Source of the DNA: the human T2T-CHM13v2.0 reference genome, Homo sapiens
Assembly: GCF_009914755.1 (NCBI RefSeq)
Contig: NC_060929.1
Length of the DNA: 64,000 nt
Direction: 5' to 3' (one strand)
This document shows positions 27,697 through 40,109 of this stretch, one piece after another. Numbering within the stretch: the stretch's first letter is position 1; the number at the start of each line of letters is the position of its first letter. A program made the translations under genes and the position numbers. The notes under the pieces are model-generated. The model did not search any database, was not told the origin of the DNA, and was given only the letters and a program-made list of their open reading frames with translations.

Positions 27697-29031
27697 GTGT
27701 GTATTGCCAGAAATTTAGTATCTTCGTATCAGTTCCAAGAGTTGTCAAAAGTAGTATCGTTTTAGACAGTTGAACACCTCTCAAAAGCTTTAAAAACATT
27801 TTTGACCCAAAATAAAAAGTGACCAACGATGTATTTCCGAAAAATTAAGTTTAGCCAATTGTCTTTACCATCTGTATTCAGTTGTAAATGCTTCTTTTTC
27901 GCATAGTGTATCTTGACATAATCTTTTTTAACAGTTGAAATTTACAATTATTATAAATAATTTGATATTATTATTAAATGATACTAAGTAAGTATACTGT
28001 AGTTAGTAGACAGGAATCTTGCCTTAATTGTATCACTACAGAAATGAAGACCTTACTGGTTGAAAAAGTCAGTGTGGCCCAGCTGTGGGTTCGGTTCCAT
28101 CCTGAATCCACCCAGGTTCAGAGCCTGTACTGTGGCTGCACCAGGTCATTTACTTGATAGTTTTGTACAGAACACATTGCCATTTCCATTGACCAGAAGT
28201 TGCCAAGCACTGTAGCCATAGCAAACCACTGCCTTTTGTACTGGATCGAGAGCCATCTCTAGGCTAATCCCTGCCAGTCAATTCGGGGATTAGTGAGATT
28301 AAGAAACTCAACTCATCAAAAAGCTATTTTTGTGGTATAAAATTTTATGTGTATTCTTTCATCTTTGCAGATTTGTACAGGACAATACTTTTTGGTTACA
28401 CATCCCATTAAAAGTACCAGCTATTAAAGTCAATTGCATAACACGAAAGATTTAACATGCTTGATTTATCTGCAGTCATTGTTCACAATGAGATAAGCAA
28501 CCTGAGTACTTAAGAGGTTCTTGTACAGACTTAAATAGAAATTTTAAGCCACATTTTAGCAGCATATTCAATCAACTGTTGTTTAAAAATCAGTTTATAA
28601 AAAGAATATTGTTAAACCCTTATTTAACCGATTACACAAATAATCCAAAAAGAAAAGAAAATCTTTCTGTTTCTAAGAGATAAATGCTGAAAACAGGAGA
28701 TATGATTCTGACCAAATATTTAATATTTACAAACTGTTTAATGAAACCATTTACATTTATTTAAACTTCTTTAATTCCTTAGAAGATTTTTGATCTGTGA
28801 ATGCTGAACAGTCCAGGGAAATAAAATTACAGCAATGAATGTAATAGGTATATTCCAAGTATCAGTTAAGGATACTTTTCATATCGGTTTTTTTTGTTTG
28901 TTTTTAGACAAAGAACTGGTTACAAGACAGTGCATGTGTCCATTTTGCCCTCTGTGACTATTAATCAATAAGCCACTAGTTGATTCAGACATATTCCATG
29001 AAATACACTTATCATAACTGTTTAATTGTAG

Positions 29032-29135
29032 GGCTACATGGCACTTATGAAAGAAGATGGTGTTCCTGATGACATGAAAGGAAAAGACAAAATTGTGTTC
29101 GGCAACATCCATCAGATTTACGACTGGCACAGAGA
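29032..29135 (+). CDS. TRIO: TRIO exon 40 (104 nt; DH2)
   Basis: ttgtag|GGC...GA|gtacgt. Encodes [34 protein letters not shown](D). Confidence 0.97.
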
Positions 29136-29489
29136 GTACGTAAACATGCATTGTGCCCGATGGTGTGCAAAGCAGCCACACTTGCTAAACCAAGGCAGGC
29201 CAGGCCAAAGGGAATTTATTCTGTTCATCGTATTACCTGTGTAGCCTCCTGGAGGGAGCTGGTGCAAAGGAGATATTGATGTACCCAGGAGTTCTGCAGT
29301 AGCATTTGGTGGCACGGAGAGAGTCTTGTCTCTTCTTCGTGCTGGTCCATGTCGAGAGTCTGTGGAAGGGAGTAGCTGGAAGCACCAGCGTGGAGCCAGC
29401 TGCCGGAGCTGCTGGCCTGGTCCTGACCCCGAGCCCTCGGCCTCCCTGCTGTACACTTCCATTCTTCATCTGCACACCCACATTATAAT

Positions 29490-29572
29490 GTGGGTTTTTT
29501 GTGAAGAGTGACTGAGTTAATACTTTTACCTCGTGGGTTTTTTGTGAAGAGTGACTGAGTTAATACTTTTAC
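29490..29572. repeat. Perfect 40-bp tandem duplication within a MIR core
   Basis: GTGGGTTTTTTGTGAAGAGTGACTGAGTTAATACTTTTAC twice, separated by CTC. Confidence 0.92.
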
Positions 29573-29665
29573 AGAGTACTTAGAACAACATCTGCATAGA
29601 ATAAGCTTCAAGTATTTCTAACTAGAATTGCAGCCATCTTTAGAATAAATACAAGTTATCATTAG

Positions 29666-30012
<347 letters not shown>

Positions 30013-31533
30013 CAATTCAATTTTAATGGAAAAAGTAGACACGATTGCCCATGAAATTCAACTCTGATCCCACTACATTCCCCACACCTATCCTAATCAG
30101 GAGGCAATCCATCTGGGGGCTGGTGCTACGTAGCTCACCTTGGCTACCAGAGCTTGTCAACATACCTGTCCCTTTAGATCACTTTGCTTAAACTTTAAAA
30201 ATCCTTAATCATCTGAGGATTGCTTAATGCTGGCCACTGGTCTTCCAGTGGAATGTTCCAGATGCACTGTCTGCTCCGGTTACCTGGCCGGGCCTTCTGC
30301 TCTCCTGTCTTGATGCAACTGCTCCTCCCTCTGCTCAGGGTGGAGCACGATGTCATCACCTCCAAAGCTCTGGCCTCTCTCTGAAGCTGAGCTCCAATAC
30401 TTGCTTCTCCATTAGGCCTGGGTGTTCCCCATCAGACTCCTTCTCTTCTGCAGAAGCAGATGGGAATATGCTCTTTTAAACTATGAGATACTGGACAGAC
30501 ATGAGGAGGAACTACCGTGTCACGTATCAAGTAGTGTTGTTATTTCTGTGCTTCTCCCTCCTAACAGAATGTAAAACCTTTGAACCCAGGTCAGAGAGGT
30601 CTTTATTTTCATATCCCCTGTGATGTCTAATTTATTTGGATTTACAGATAAATGATCGGTAAACTTTAGAAACAGCACTCCAGTTTATAGCTCTGTGCTG
30701 TAGACTTACTGAACAACTACAGTGAAACCAATTCAAAAAGGGATATTTTGTATTATGATTTAGTCTCCTACTTCCAAGGCTAGTTTTTAAGGCTGTGAAG
30801 GGAAGCTGAAAATGACACAGTGTTTCTGGGATGACCAGACAGACACTGTATCCAGAGATGCTGTCTGCGCAGCGGGGGATAGTAAACCCCTTAGTACAAC
30901 ATTAATTGGCATGGTGGTTTATGAGTTAATGTAATACCAAATATTAACATAAATAAAAATATATTTAAGTGATAACTAAGCTGGACATATATCTTAAAAG
31001 ACAACTACAGCCCAGAAAACAATGAACATTGTTGTCCTACAGCTATTTTGTCACTGTGATGATACCTAATTTTAATCTTAAAGGGAGCTGATGTTTATAA
31101 CCTAGAAGTTGATTTTGATAACATTTGAGAAAACTTCATAAAGCTGGCACAGGTAACATATTTAGTTTTGTATATCTGCTGTCCAATTTGAGTCTCTAAA
31201 AATTATCTTAGAATGAATATGAAATTCGCAGGTATAAAGACCAAGTTTTCAGAAATAAAAAATGTCCAAGTACTTTGAAACATCTATTTTTCACTCATTA
31301 TTCAGCCTAGGATATTAGCACTTGTGTCCTTGAACAGAGATGAGAATGTTTGTTATCCAAAGACCAGGAAGGTCACCAGCCAAGGGATATACAGTCGTGC
31401 CTCATCTTCTGTGCCTTTGTATTCCTTTATGCTTTGTAGCTTAACAAAAGGTTTTCCTTGTACTTGTTAAGTTTCCATATATTTGTTAAATATATACTTC
31501 ACACTTCACAGTTGCTCATGTCAGAACAGACTA

Positions 31534-31861
<328 letters not shown>

Positions 31862-31934
31862 AAAATGTAAACCTAAATCTAAAATTAGAAGGCCACACTG
31901 GAAATAGTTCTAATATTTTCTCCTTTCTTTCCAG

Positions 31935-32004
31935 CTTTTTTTTAGGAGAGTTAGAGAAGTGCCTTGAAGATCCAGAAAAACTAGGATCCCTTTTTGTTAA
32001 ACAC
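31935..32004 (+). CDS. TRIO: TRIO exon 41 (70 nt; DH2)
   Basis: ctttccag|C...CAC|gtaagc. Encodes FFLGELEKCLEDPEKLGSLFVKH. Confidence 0.96.
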
Positions 32005-32599
32005 GTAAGCACAATAGCATTGCTTATATCCTGTTCTGATGGTGTCATCCTTAGTCACTGGTTTGTCAGATTAAAGGAGAACTCACTTATACTTTATGTA
32101 AGTGCGTATGTTTAAGATAAAATCAAACTGCATGGTGTTAATGAGTTGGAATTAAAATCCCTTCTTCAACATGAGTTACCTGCTTTCCCAGTCACCTGGC
32201 TGAAGCTGGCTATTTGGCTAGCAACAGTACAGGTTGGTGAGAGAAGACCAGAGCCAGGCCTGAACAGTATCTGGGGTGTCTGTGAACAGGCAGGTATTGT
32301 TGAGTGGAGATGTAACTGTACCTGCAGTGGGTTTAACATAACAGCCAAATAGTGTGGATATCGAAAATAAGCGTATTAACATTAAAGTTTTTTGTTTTTT
32401 GGGAAAAATCATGATATATTTTTAGAAGTTAGTGACAGGAGTTTTTGCATTTTTGCCAGTCTCTTTAATGTCTTGCTAAGTAAAAGACAGCTGGATTTTT
32501 ATATCTGCTTCTGCATCCAACTCATTGCTGTGTTTTTTGGTTCAAGTATCCAAACAAATCCATCTTCACACACATATAGTTAGAAAAGGATGAGTATTT

Positions 32600-33550
32600 T
32601 AATAGCCTTTTCAGATAATTACATAGTTTTCTTAGACACTATACCAAAAACTTGACAGCTGATCATTTCTTAAAGGTTAGTTGCAATACGGAATCTGAAA
32701 ACCTACCCATGAACTTCTCCCTTGCTGTGACATTAAATACATTGAACTATTGGGCTTCGAGGCTCCTGCAGCCATGCGCGGTCCTGTGACATCAGGCATC
32801 AGTCCACTGGAAGATACCAGGTCACAGACTTAGGCAGATCTTCCAGAGGTTGACACGTTTCATTACACAGTATCCAAAAATCCAGTTTTTGAACTTGACC
32901 ACCCATCTCTTTGAAGTCTTTAAGTGTTGTGAAGTTCAGAGTGGCAGATACATATTTCCAAAATTTTAATTTTTTGCTTGAAAGCTGTAATTTTCACTAA
33001 CAAACACTGCCAGTTGTTTGCCTTGAAATGACAGGCTTATTTTGTTCATGTTCAAGAAAATGTCTAGCAGATACCCAAGAGTAAATAATTATAGTTTGTG
33101 TCAATCATTCTTCCAAGTAAAAATGGTGGTCCATAAAAAAAAGTGGTTAGTTCCACTCACAACTCGGTTACATAAGTGCTTTTTCTTGAGACATTTATCA
33201 AGTGCAATTAAAGTGTTATGTGGACATCATCTTGTCACAAGAATGTTAAAAACGTGTATACTCCCTGGTTGAGTTTTAATAAAAAGAATAATGTTTACTC
33301 ATCCAGGACATTCTTAAGTGAAACCAGTTTTGTTTTGTTTTTTACTATAAATTTGTGGCAGTGAAGAGTTTTTGCCAAGGTGCCAGCAATTTCACCCACC
33401 ATTGGTTTTGCACATCAGCACAGATGTCAGCACAACAAAAAGGACAACTGACATCTTAGTGGTATTTAGAAAATAGTTGTGACCAAATGGAGCCACTGAA
33501 AGGACTCAGGGGGCCCTGGGGGTCTGCACACTGTACTTTGAGGATCACTG
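32600..33550. mobile_element. hAT-Charlie DNA transposon remnant (Charlie1-like)
   Basis: Terminal ctgtactttgaggatcactg resembles the Charlie TIR. Internal segments resemble Charlie1 as I recall it. Left boundary approximate. Confidence 0.55.
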
Positions 33551-33711
33551 ATTTATGGAAAGGCTCATTGTCTACATTTTTTTTCTTCTGCCTTTAGGAT
33601 TTGAGATTAAAGAGCTTCTTCTCTACTAAAACCAACCAGGCTTACTAGGACTGTTGGCAGGGTTTGGAGTGATGGCAGTAATTCTTTGTTTAATATTAAG
33701 AAGGGTGTTGC

Positions 33712-34024
33712 GGCCAGGTGTGGTGGCTCATGCCTGTAATCCCAACACTTTGGGCAGCCAAGGCAGGAGGGTTGCTGAGGCTAGTTTTGAGACCAGGCTG
33801 GGTGAAAAAGCAGGACTCCATCCCTACAAAAAAAAAAAAAAAAAAATTAAAAATTAGCCGGGCATGGTGATGCACATCTGTAATCCTAGCTACTCAGAGG
33901 CTGAGGTAGAAGGATCGCTTGAGCCTGGAAGTTTAAGGCTTCCGTGAGCCATGATCACACCACTGCCCTCCTGCCTGGGCAACAGAGTGAGACCTTATCT
34001 CTTTAAAAAACAACAACAAAAAAA
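33712..34024 (+). mobile_element. Alu (AluJ-type)
   Basis: ggccaggtgtggtggctcatgcctgtaatccc, long A linker, right arm, A/AAC tail. Confidence 0.93.
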
Positions 34025-34301
34025 TGTTCTTTTGCTACCTATGGTGTTTGTTGGTATTTGGTACTGTAAAGTGAAGGGTTTGGTGTGTATGGAGAGTGAT
34101 GGGGGAAGGACTGGTTTTGGAGCCACACCGTAGAATGCTGATCTACATCCTGAATCTGGAATTTACTCCCGAGAGCCTTAGCTGTGCAGCTTGGTTTTAA
34201 GATGAGTGCCTTTATGAATGTGCTGAAATGTGCGGGTACTCGTGTATTCTAATCGAATTTCCCATTGTTATAACCCAACTGTTTGCCTTTTTTATTCCTA
34301 G

Positions 34302-34391
34302 GAGAGAAGGTTGCACATGTACATAGCTTATTGTCAAAATAAACCAAAGTCTGAGCACATTGTCTCAGAATACATTGATACCTTTTTTGAG
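34302..34391 (+). CDS. TRIO: TRIO exon 42 (90 nt; DH2)
   Basis: ttattcctag|GAG...GAG|gtaaga. Encodes [30 protein letters not shown]. Confidence 0.97.
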
Positions 34392-34959
34392 GTAAGACCT
34401 AAGATACAAACAGAAAGTATTTCTGAATCTTTTGTTCCAACTTATTTCTAAAAATGAAAGTATCATTGGTTTCCCAGGAGACTAATTTCCAAAGAAAATT
34501 AGCCTGAGTGATAAGACTTCTGAACCTTTCTTTCTTTCCTGTAAATCAGAGAAATGAGTATGAATTTAGTCTGTGGTCATACCCCTGGCATTCAGAAGAC
34601 TGCAGTCATTGTTAAAAATAAGAGTTTTTAATAAGTGTTACACTTAAGTCTCATTACAAAGTCAGAATAATTATTATCTAAACTTGTAGCCTAAAAATAA
34701 TATATATATTTATATGAATAAAATAATGCAATTGAAAAAATGCCTTTAAACAAGCATAAAAGACTGCTTTGAAAAACAACTCAGGTGAAAGTGTAAAACT
34801 TGGAAATTCTGTGAACTAGCAAAGCTCTAGTTAGTCTAGTGCTTTTTTTCCTCGTTACTTTTACTGCCAATGTTGTAGTCTTTCTGACAATTACAAAGAC
34901 TAAAAAATTGCCCTTTAATGAACAGCCCATACGATCTTTTCTCTCTCTTAAAACTGTAG

Positions 34960-35052
34960 GACTTAAAGCAGCGTCTTGGCCACAGGTTACAGCTCACAGA
35001 TCTGTTGATCAAACCAGTGCAGAGAATCATGAAGTATCAGCTGTTACTGAAG
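34960..35052 (+). CDS. TRIO: TRIO exon 43 (93 nt; DH2 CR3)
   Basis: ctgtag|GAC...AAG|gtgagg. Encodes [31 protein letters not shown]. Confidence 0.97.
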
Positions 35053-35362
35053 GTGAGGAGGTGGCGGGACAAACTCTGGTGTCAGGAGTGAGTTTGCTGA
35101 GAAAATAAGACTCAGTTGGGGAAAGAAGGATTTGGTAGGACAGGGGAATCATCTGTGTAACAGGTATATTATTTCTGATAAGTTAAACCTTAAAAATTTA
35201 AATCAGCTGTTAACTGAAGGTGAGGTGGCGGGACAGACTCTGGTGTCAGGAGTGAGTTTGCTGAAAAAATAAGACTCAGTGGGGGAAAGAAGGATTTGGT
35301 AGGACGGGAATCATCTGTGTAACAAGTATATTATTTCTGATAAGTTAATCCTTAAAAATTTA
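35036..35362. repeat. Tandem duplication of about 165 bp spanning the exon 43 3' end and donor
   Basis: atcagctgtt(a)actgaaggtgagg...ctctggtgtcaggagtgagtttgctga...cttaaaaattta at 35036-35200 and 35202-35362. Confidence 0.93.
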
Positions 35363-35847
35363 AGAAAACACTTCAAACAATTTTCTCAATTTTTTATTTA
35401 CATCGAGTTCAGAATGAAAATATCAGTAAAAGTGAATTTTTTTTCCCCCACCACAGACCTTGGAATGCTAATGATTTTTCTTCTGCTCTATCAACTTTAA
35501 TTATTTTCTAATCTTCTTGGAACCTTGGATAAAAGTAAATTTGGAATCCTTTTGTATTCCTCTCTGTTGGCTTAACACTAGCCCTTGATTGAGTTAAATT
35601 CTTAAGCATAACCGAAGGCAGAGTCACGTGTTTTTCTGTGATAAAAGAGACTTCAAGTGTATTGATATTCCTTCGTGTACAACGCCTAGGACCTGGATCT
35701 AGAGAGGGACAAAGAGCTTGTCTTGGATTAAACAGGAACAATTGGATAGATCTGGTCTGACTCTGTGTACTGCAGCTTGAAATCTACGTAGGAATGCCTT
35801 TTTGTTGTGTTACTGAGAGAATAATATGATAAAGTAGAACTAAGGCA

Positions 35848-36022
35848 CCAGACAGGTGTGGTGGTACACACCTGTAGACCCGGCTACTTGGGAGGCTGAG
35901 GCAGGAGGATAGCTTGAGGCCAGGAGTTGGAGGCTGCAGTGAGCTTATGATTGCTCCTTTGAATAGCCACTACACTCCAGCCTGGACAACATAGTGAGAG
36001 CTTGTCTATTTAAAAAAAAAAA
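35848..36022 (+). mobile_element. Free Alu monomer (FAM/FRAM-like)
   Basis: Single arm with gaatagccactacactccagcctggacaacatagtgaga and A tail. Confidence 0.8.
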
Positions 36023-36082
36023 TTCTTTCAGAACTAAAGTGCTGAACCCCAATGTCTGGCCAGTGTGAGTGGCCAAAAAGGT

Positions 36083-36218
36083 TAGCTTGTGTGCATTGTC
36101 TCATTCCTGTAGTCCCAGCTACTCAGGAGGCCAAAGCAAGAGGATCACTTGAGGCCAGGAGTTCAAGACCAGCTTGAGTAACATAGTGAGACCCTGTCTC
36201 TTAAAAAAAAAAATAAAA
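36083..36218 (+). mobile_element. Free left Alu monomer (FLAM-like)
   Basis: cctgtagtcccagctactc...gaggccaggagttcaagaccagc...ccctgtctct plus A tail. Confidence 0.8.
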
Positions 36219-36274
36219 GGTCAGCTGCTGTTGTCTTTGTCACCATTATCATGTCCTCTCCATTTCCCTTGCAG

Positions 36275-36325
36275 GACTTCCTCAAGTATTCCAAAAAGGC
36301 CAGCCTGGATACATCAGAATTAGAG
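36275..36325 (+). CDS. TRIO: TRIO exon 44 (51 nt; DH2)
   Basis: cccttgcag|GAC...GAG|gtacat. Encodes DFLKYSKKASLDTSELE. Confidence 0.95.
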
Positions 36326-36581
36326 GTACATGCATCAGCGGCTGTGGGCACCCAAATCCCCACCAGCCTCTTTTCCTAATCCCCAAGTGTCTCCTAACAG
36401 TGGTCTGGCCCTGGGAGGGGGTCAAAGCAGTGGATGACAGAGTCTCTCCAGTGCATCTCCATAAGCCCTGCACACTAGAGGGTGGGGAGGAAGAACAGAA
36501 CTTCATCAGGTCAGAGGGTGAGCACGTCAGATTTTCCCTAGAGGAACTTGAGCTTTCACTCTTCTCTCTCCCCTCCCACAG

Positions 36582-36659
36582 AGAGCTGTGGAAGTCATGT
36601 GCATAGTACCCAGGCGGTGCAACGACATGATGAACGTGGGGCGGCTGCAAGGATTCGAC
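36582..36659 (+). CDS. TRIO: TRIO exon 45 (78 nt; end of DH2)
   Basis: ctcccacag|AGA...GAC|gtaatg. Encodes RAVEVMCIVPRRCNDMMNVGRLQGFD. Confidence 0.96.
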
Positions 36660-37233
36660 GTAATGCGGCTCTTGTTTTTTAAGAGAGCTCCTCTGCCTTC
36701 ATCTCTTTCTTTTGTCTTGGATTATTTCTCTCCACATAGAGAAAGCTGATCCTTTTCACTTGGTTTTCTGGCTTCTCTCACTTTACCTCAATCTGATTGA
36801 TATTTTATTTCCTTTTTTTTTTTTTTTTTTTTTTTGGTGCGTTTGGTTTGCTTTTTTGGGACTTGCCTGTGCTCAAAGCCCAGTGTCTCATGGCAGAAAC
36901 AAGCAGGACCGGGCTTTGTCTCTTGGGCCCAGTACTGTAAGAGCTGAGTTTCCTTTCCTCAGCACTTAAGACCATGGTTAGCTATGGATGTAGTAGGACC
37001 TCGGAGGTCCCCACTCTCTCATCTCTGGGACTTGATACTTCCTCATTAGTTTAAGATATGTTTGCATGAGTTGCTAGACTATTCATATTACATATTAGCT
37101 ATTACATATCCTCAAGATGAATTCAGAACCAGAATCTTCTTTTAAAAATTTGACTACGGAGTTAAGGAGGCAGGAGAAGTTTTTATTTTCTTGCCTACTG
37201 TTTTGCTAGAGAATTAGCATTGAAAGTTCTGGT

Positions 37234-37346
37234 GCTATGGTTCTCTCTGACGCACACACAGAGGCCGTTGGAGGGCTTCTGAAAACTCCTGTGCATGCCT
37301 GATGAGTTCCTGCTGGCGACCCAGGGACCACACTTTGAGAACCACT
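37234..37346. mobile_element. MER5A-like hAT MITE fragment
   Basis: Ends with gggaccacactttgagaaccactg. Confidence 0.7.
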
Positions 37347-37622
37347 GTTCTAGTATAAACCAGACATTTAAAACTCCACTTTTAATCTGTGACTGTAATT
37401 GAGGCGCCAGAGGTCTATACAAATGTTGGCAAGAATTTTATTTAGATAATTATTCTGTTTAGAGCCAAGAACAGTAAAAGAAAAAAAAAATTAAACTCCA
37501 TAAATTAATAAAAGAAAAATACATTATTCCATAGGAGGAAATCTAAAGAAAACAGCTTCAGATAACTTAGAAGGCAATGTTTTCTTCTCCCCTTCCTTTT
37601 CCCCCTTTATTTCTTGTTTTAG

Positions 37623-37814
37623 GGGAAAATCGTTGCCCAGGGTAAACTGCTCTTGCAGGACACATTCTTGGTCACAGACCAAGATGCAGGACTTCTGCCT
37701 CGCTGCAGAGAGAGGCGCATCTTCCTCTTTGAGCAGATCGTCATATTCAGCGAACCACTTGATAAAAAGAAGGGCTTCTCCATGCCGGGATTCCTGTTTA
37801 AGAACAGTATCAAG
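37623..37814 (+). CDS. TRIO: TRIO exon 46 (192 nt; PH2)
   Basis: cttgttttag|GGG...AAG|gtaacg. Encodes GKIVAQGKLLLQDTFLVTDQDAGLLPRCRERRIFLFEQIVIFSEPLDKKKGFSMPGFLFKNSIK. Confidence 0.97.
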
Positions 37815-38891
37815 GTAACGTGTGTCTCTGTGTGATTTCTCTGTGCCAGCGCATGTACCCGTCACACCGATACACTGTTTCCTTTTAATGATGACATACC
37901 CTGATGCTTCGTTTAAGTATTTGAGAATTTTCTAGTATATTTCAGAGCCTTGAATTCACCCCATTTCTCTTTTTACTGTCTGTGTTCTTGAGTGGCTGAT
38001 GTCTTGTACACACCTCTGTGTAACCACAGCCATTCATTCTTACCATGATGAGAACTGGTCATGGGTAGTGTTTATGCACCCCCTTCTCTAGGACCGAGGA
38101 AAACTGGTTTAAATTTGATAGCACGGATTTGGGGGATTGCTCTATGATCAGAGAAAAAGTTCACTCGGTGTCTTCTTCTCTTCCTCCACTCACCAAGGAG
38201 GTACTGAGCACTCAGCAACAGGCGTGAGGGCTCCAGGAATGGCCCAGCTGGATGCCCTCCCTGCCCTGATGTAGCTTATCCTCTAATAGGAAAGGAAGAC
38301 AGAGGGACAAAGAAAATAATTGCCAATGGCCCTCAAGTCTGTAAAAGGGACAAACCAAGGGTGAGGTAGAGAAGAGCAGAGGGCAGGCCTGAGGTCCCAG
38401 CAGATGACTCCTGGGAGATACATGCCCCCGCCAGGGTCCTCCTGGCTCTGCAGCTGTGCAGACCCTGAGGTCAGAAGGGAGATGTACTTCCCTTTGGTAG
38501 GGCCTCCTGCCCTACGCCATCAGGGACAGGGAACTCTCAGACCGTGCACACCTGCGGGCCTCACAGCACACAGGCAGAACATTGCGTCCTCCCCCATCCG
38601 ACTCTCCGTTCAGGCTTTTGTTGGCTGTCCCCAGCAGCCTCCATTTGCCTAAACCTGGGGTGGGTCTGTCCGTGGGCACAGGTGCCAGGCTGGGGGCCTC
38701 TGCCCACCAGCACCTAGGAGGGCTCTGGAGCCAAACAGCTGGAGAAGGAGGCCGCCTCTGCATGAGGCTGGGCTGCGGGCCCTCGCACCTCCCACCACCC
38801 GCCTGCCCCTCCAGACTCCGCCTTTTGAGGCCCCTCACCCTGAGGCCATGTCAGGCACAGACCCTCTGGGCTCACCACTACACTTGAGCCT

Positions 38892-39187
38892 CCCATCCCC
38901 TGAACTGTGCGCCCATCCCCTGGACGGCAGCCATCATCTGAACTGTGCACCCATGCCCTGAACTGTGCACCCATACGCTGAACTGCACCCATACGCTGAG
39001 CCGCACCCATCCCTTGGACTGCAGCCATCATCTGAACTACACCCATCCCCTGCACTGCACCCATCCCCTGAGAACCACCCATCCCCTGCACTGCACCTAT
39101 CCCCTGAGAACTGCACTCATCCATCCCGGGCACTGCACTCATCCATCCCCTGCACTGCACCCATCCCCTGAGAACTGCCTACCCATT
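38892..39187. repeat. Degenerate minisatellite/VNTR, about 15 copies of a 17-22-bp unit (CCCATCCCCTGMACTGCA)
   Basis: Directly visible tandem units. Explains the repetitive ORFs at 38714-39274. Confidence 0.92.
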
Positions 39188-39634
39188 CTTCTCACAAGTC
39201 TTTTGGCAGAAAATCACTCCAGCACTGTAGGAATTTCGTATATATTTTTTACATATTTTTATAAAATTATTTGACATATTTTAATCATGATATCACATAC
39301 AATTTTATAACATAGGTTTTAGTGATATTTGAGATTTGTTTAATGGTGTCATTTACTCCCTGGGAAGTAAGTAAGGATAAATACTGAGGCATCATAGAGG
39401 GGTTTGGGAAACAGGTAATCCCAGACGCATATTTCTAGTTAATTGTTCAGGCTGTTAGTTCAAACTATTAGTTTAACAGCCTTGTATTCCCCATGTACCT
39501 GAGTTAAGAGGCATTAAAAAGCTTCAGATGTTTTCTGAGGCAGTAAAAATGGCAGTTCAACTGAAAAGTGCTTGTTTCAGGATTGAGTTAGGATGAACTT
39601 CACTTTGCACTTGGCCAGTGGGGATCAATGTGCT

Positions 39635-40093
39635 TTAATTTTTTGTTGTGGTAAAATACACATAACATAAATGTTCCATCTTTAATTACCTAGCTCCATG
39701 GGATTAAGAACATTCATGTTTTGCAGCCATCACCATCATCTGTCTTCACAACTCTTCATCTTGCAGAGCTAAAGCCCTGTACCCATTAAACAGTAACTCC
39801 CCACTTCCCCACCCCCAAGCCCCTGGCAACCTCCACTCTACTTCCTATCCCCACATTTGACTACTCTAAGGACTTCCTGTAAGTGGAATCATAACAATAG
39901 TTGTATTTTGAGACTGGCATATTTCACTTAACATAACGTCTTCAAGGTTCATCCATGTCGTATTGTGTGTCGGAATTTCTTTCCTCATTAAGGCTGAAAA
40001 ACTGTCCACATAGCCCACATTTTCTTTGTCCATTCATCGGTCAGTGGACACATGGTTTGCTTCCTTTCCACCTGTTAGCTATTATGAATAATG
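39635..40093 (-). mobile_element. Old L1M 3'-end fragment, antisense, abutting the exon 47 acceptor
   Basis: gtggtaaaatacacataacataa...aagtggaatcata...ttcaaggttcatccatgt...ccattcatcggtcagtggacac...gctattatgaataatg. Confidence 0.85.
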
Positions 40094-40109
40094 TTTTTTT
40101 TTTTTTAAG

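Noticed and set aside
38714-39274. Repetitive ORFs (QGMGAV and HPLHCT repeats)
   Set aside because: Translations of the VNTR, with no convincing splice or start context.
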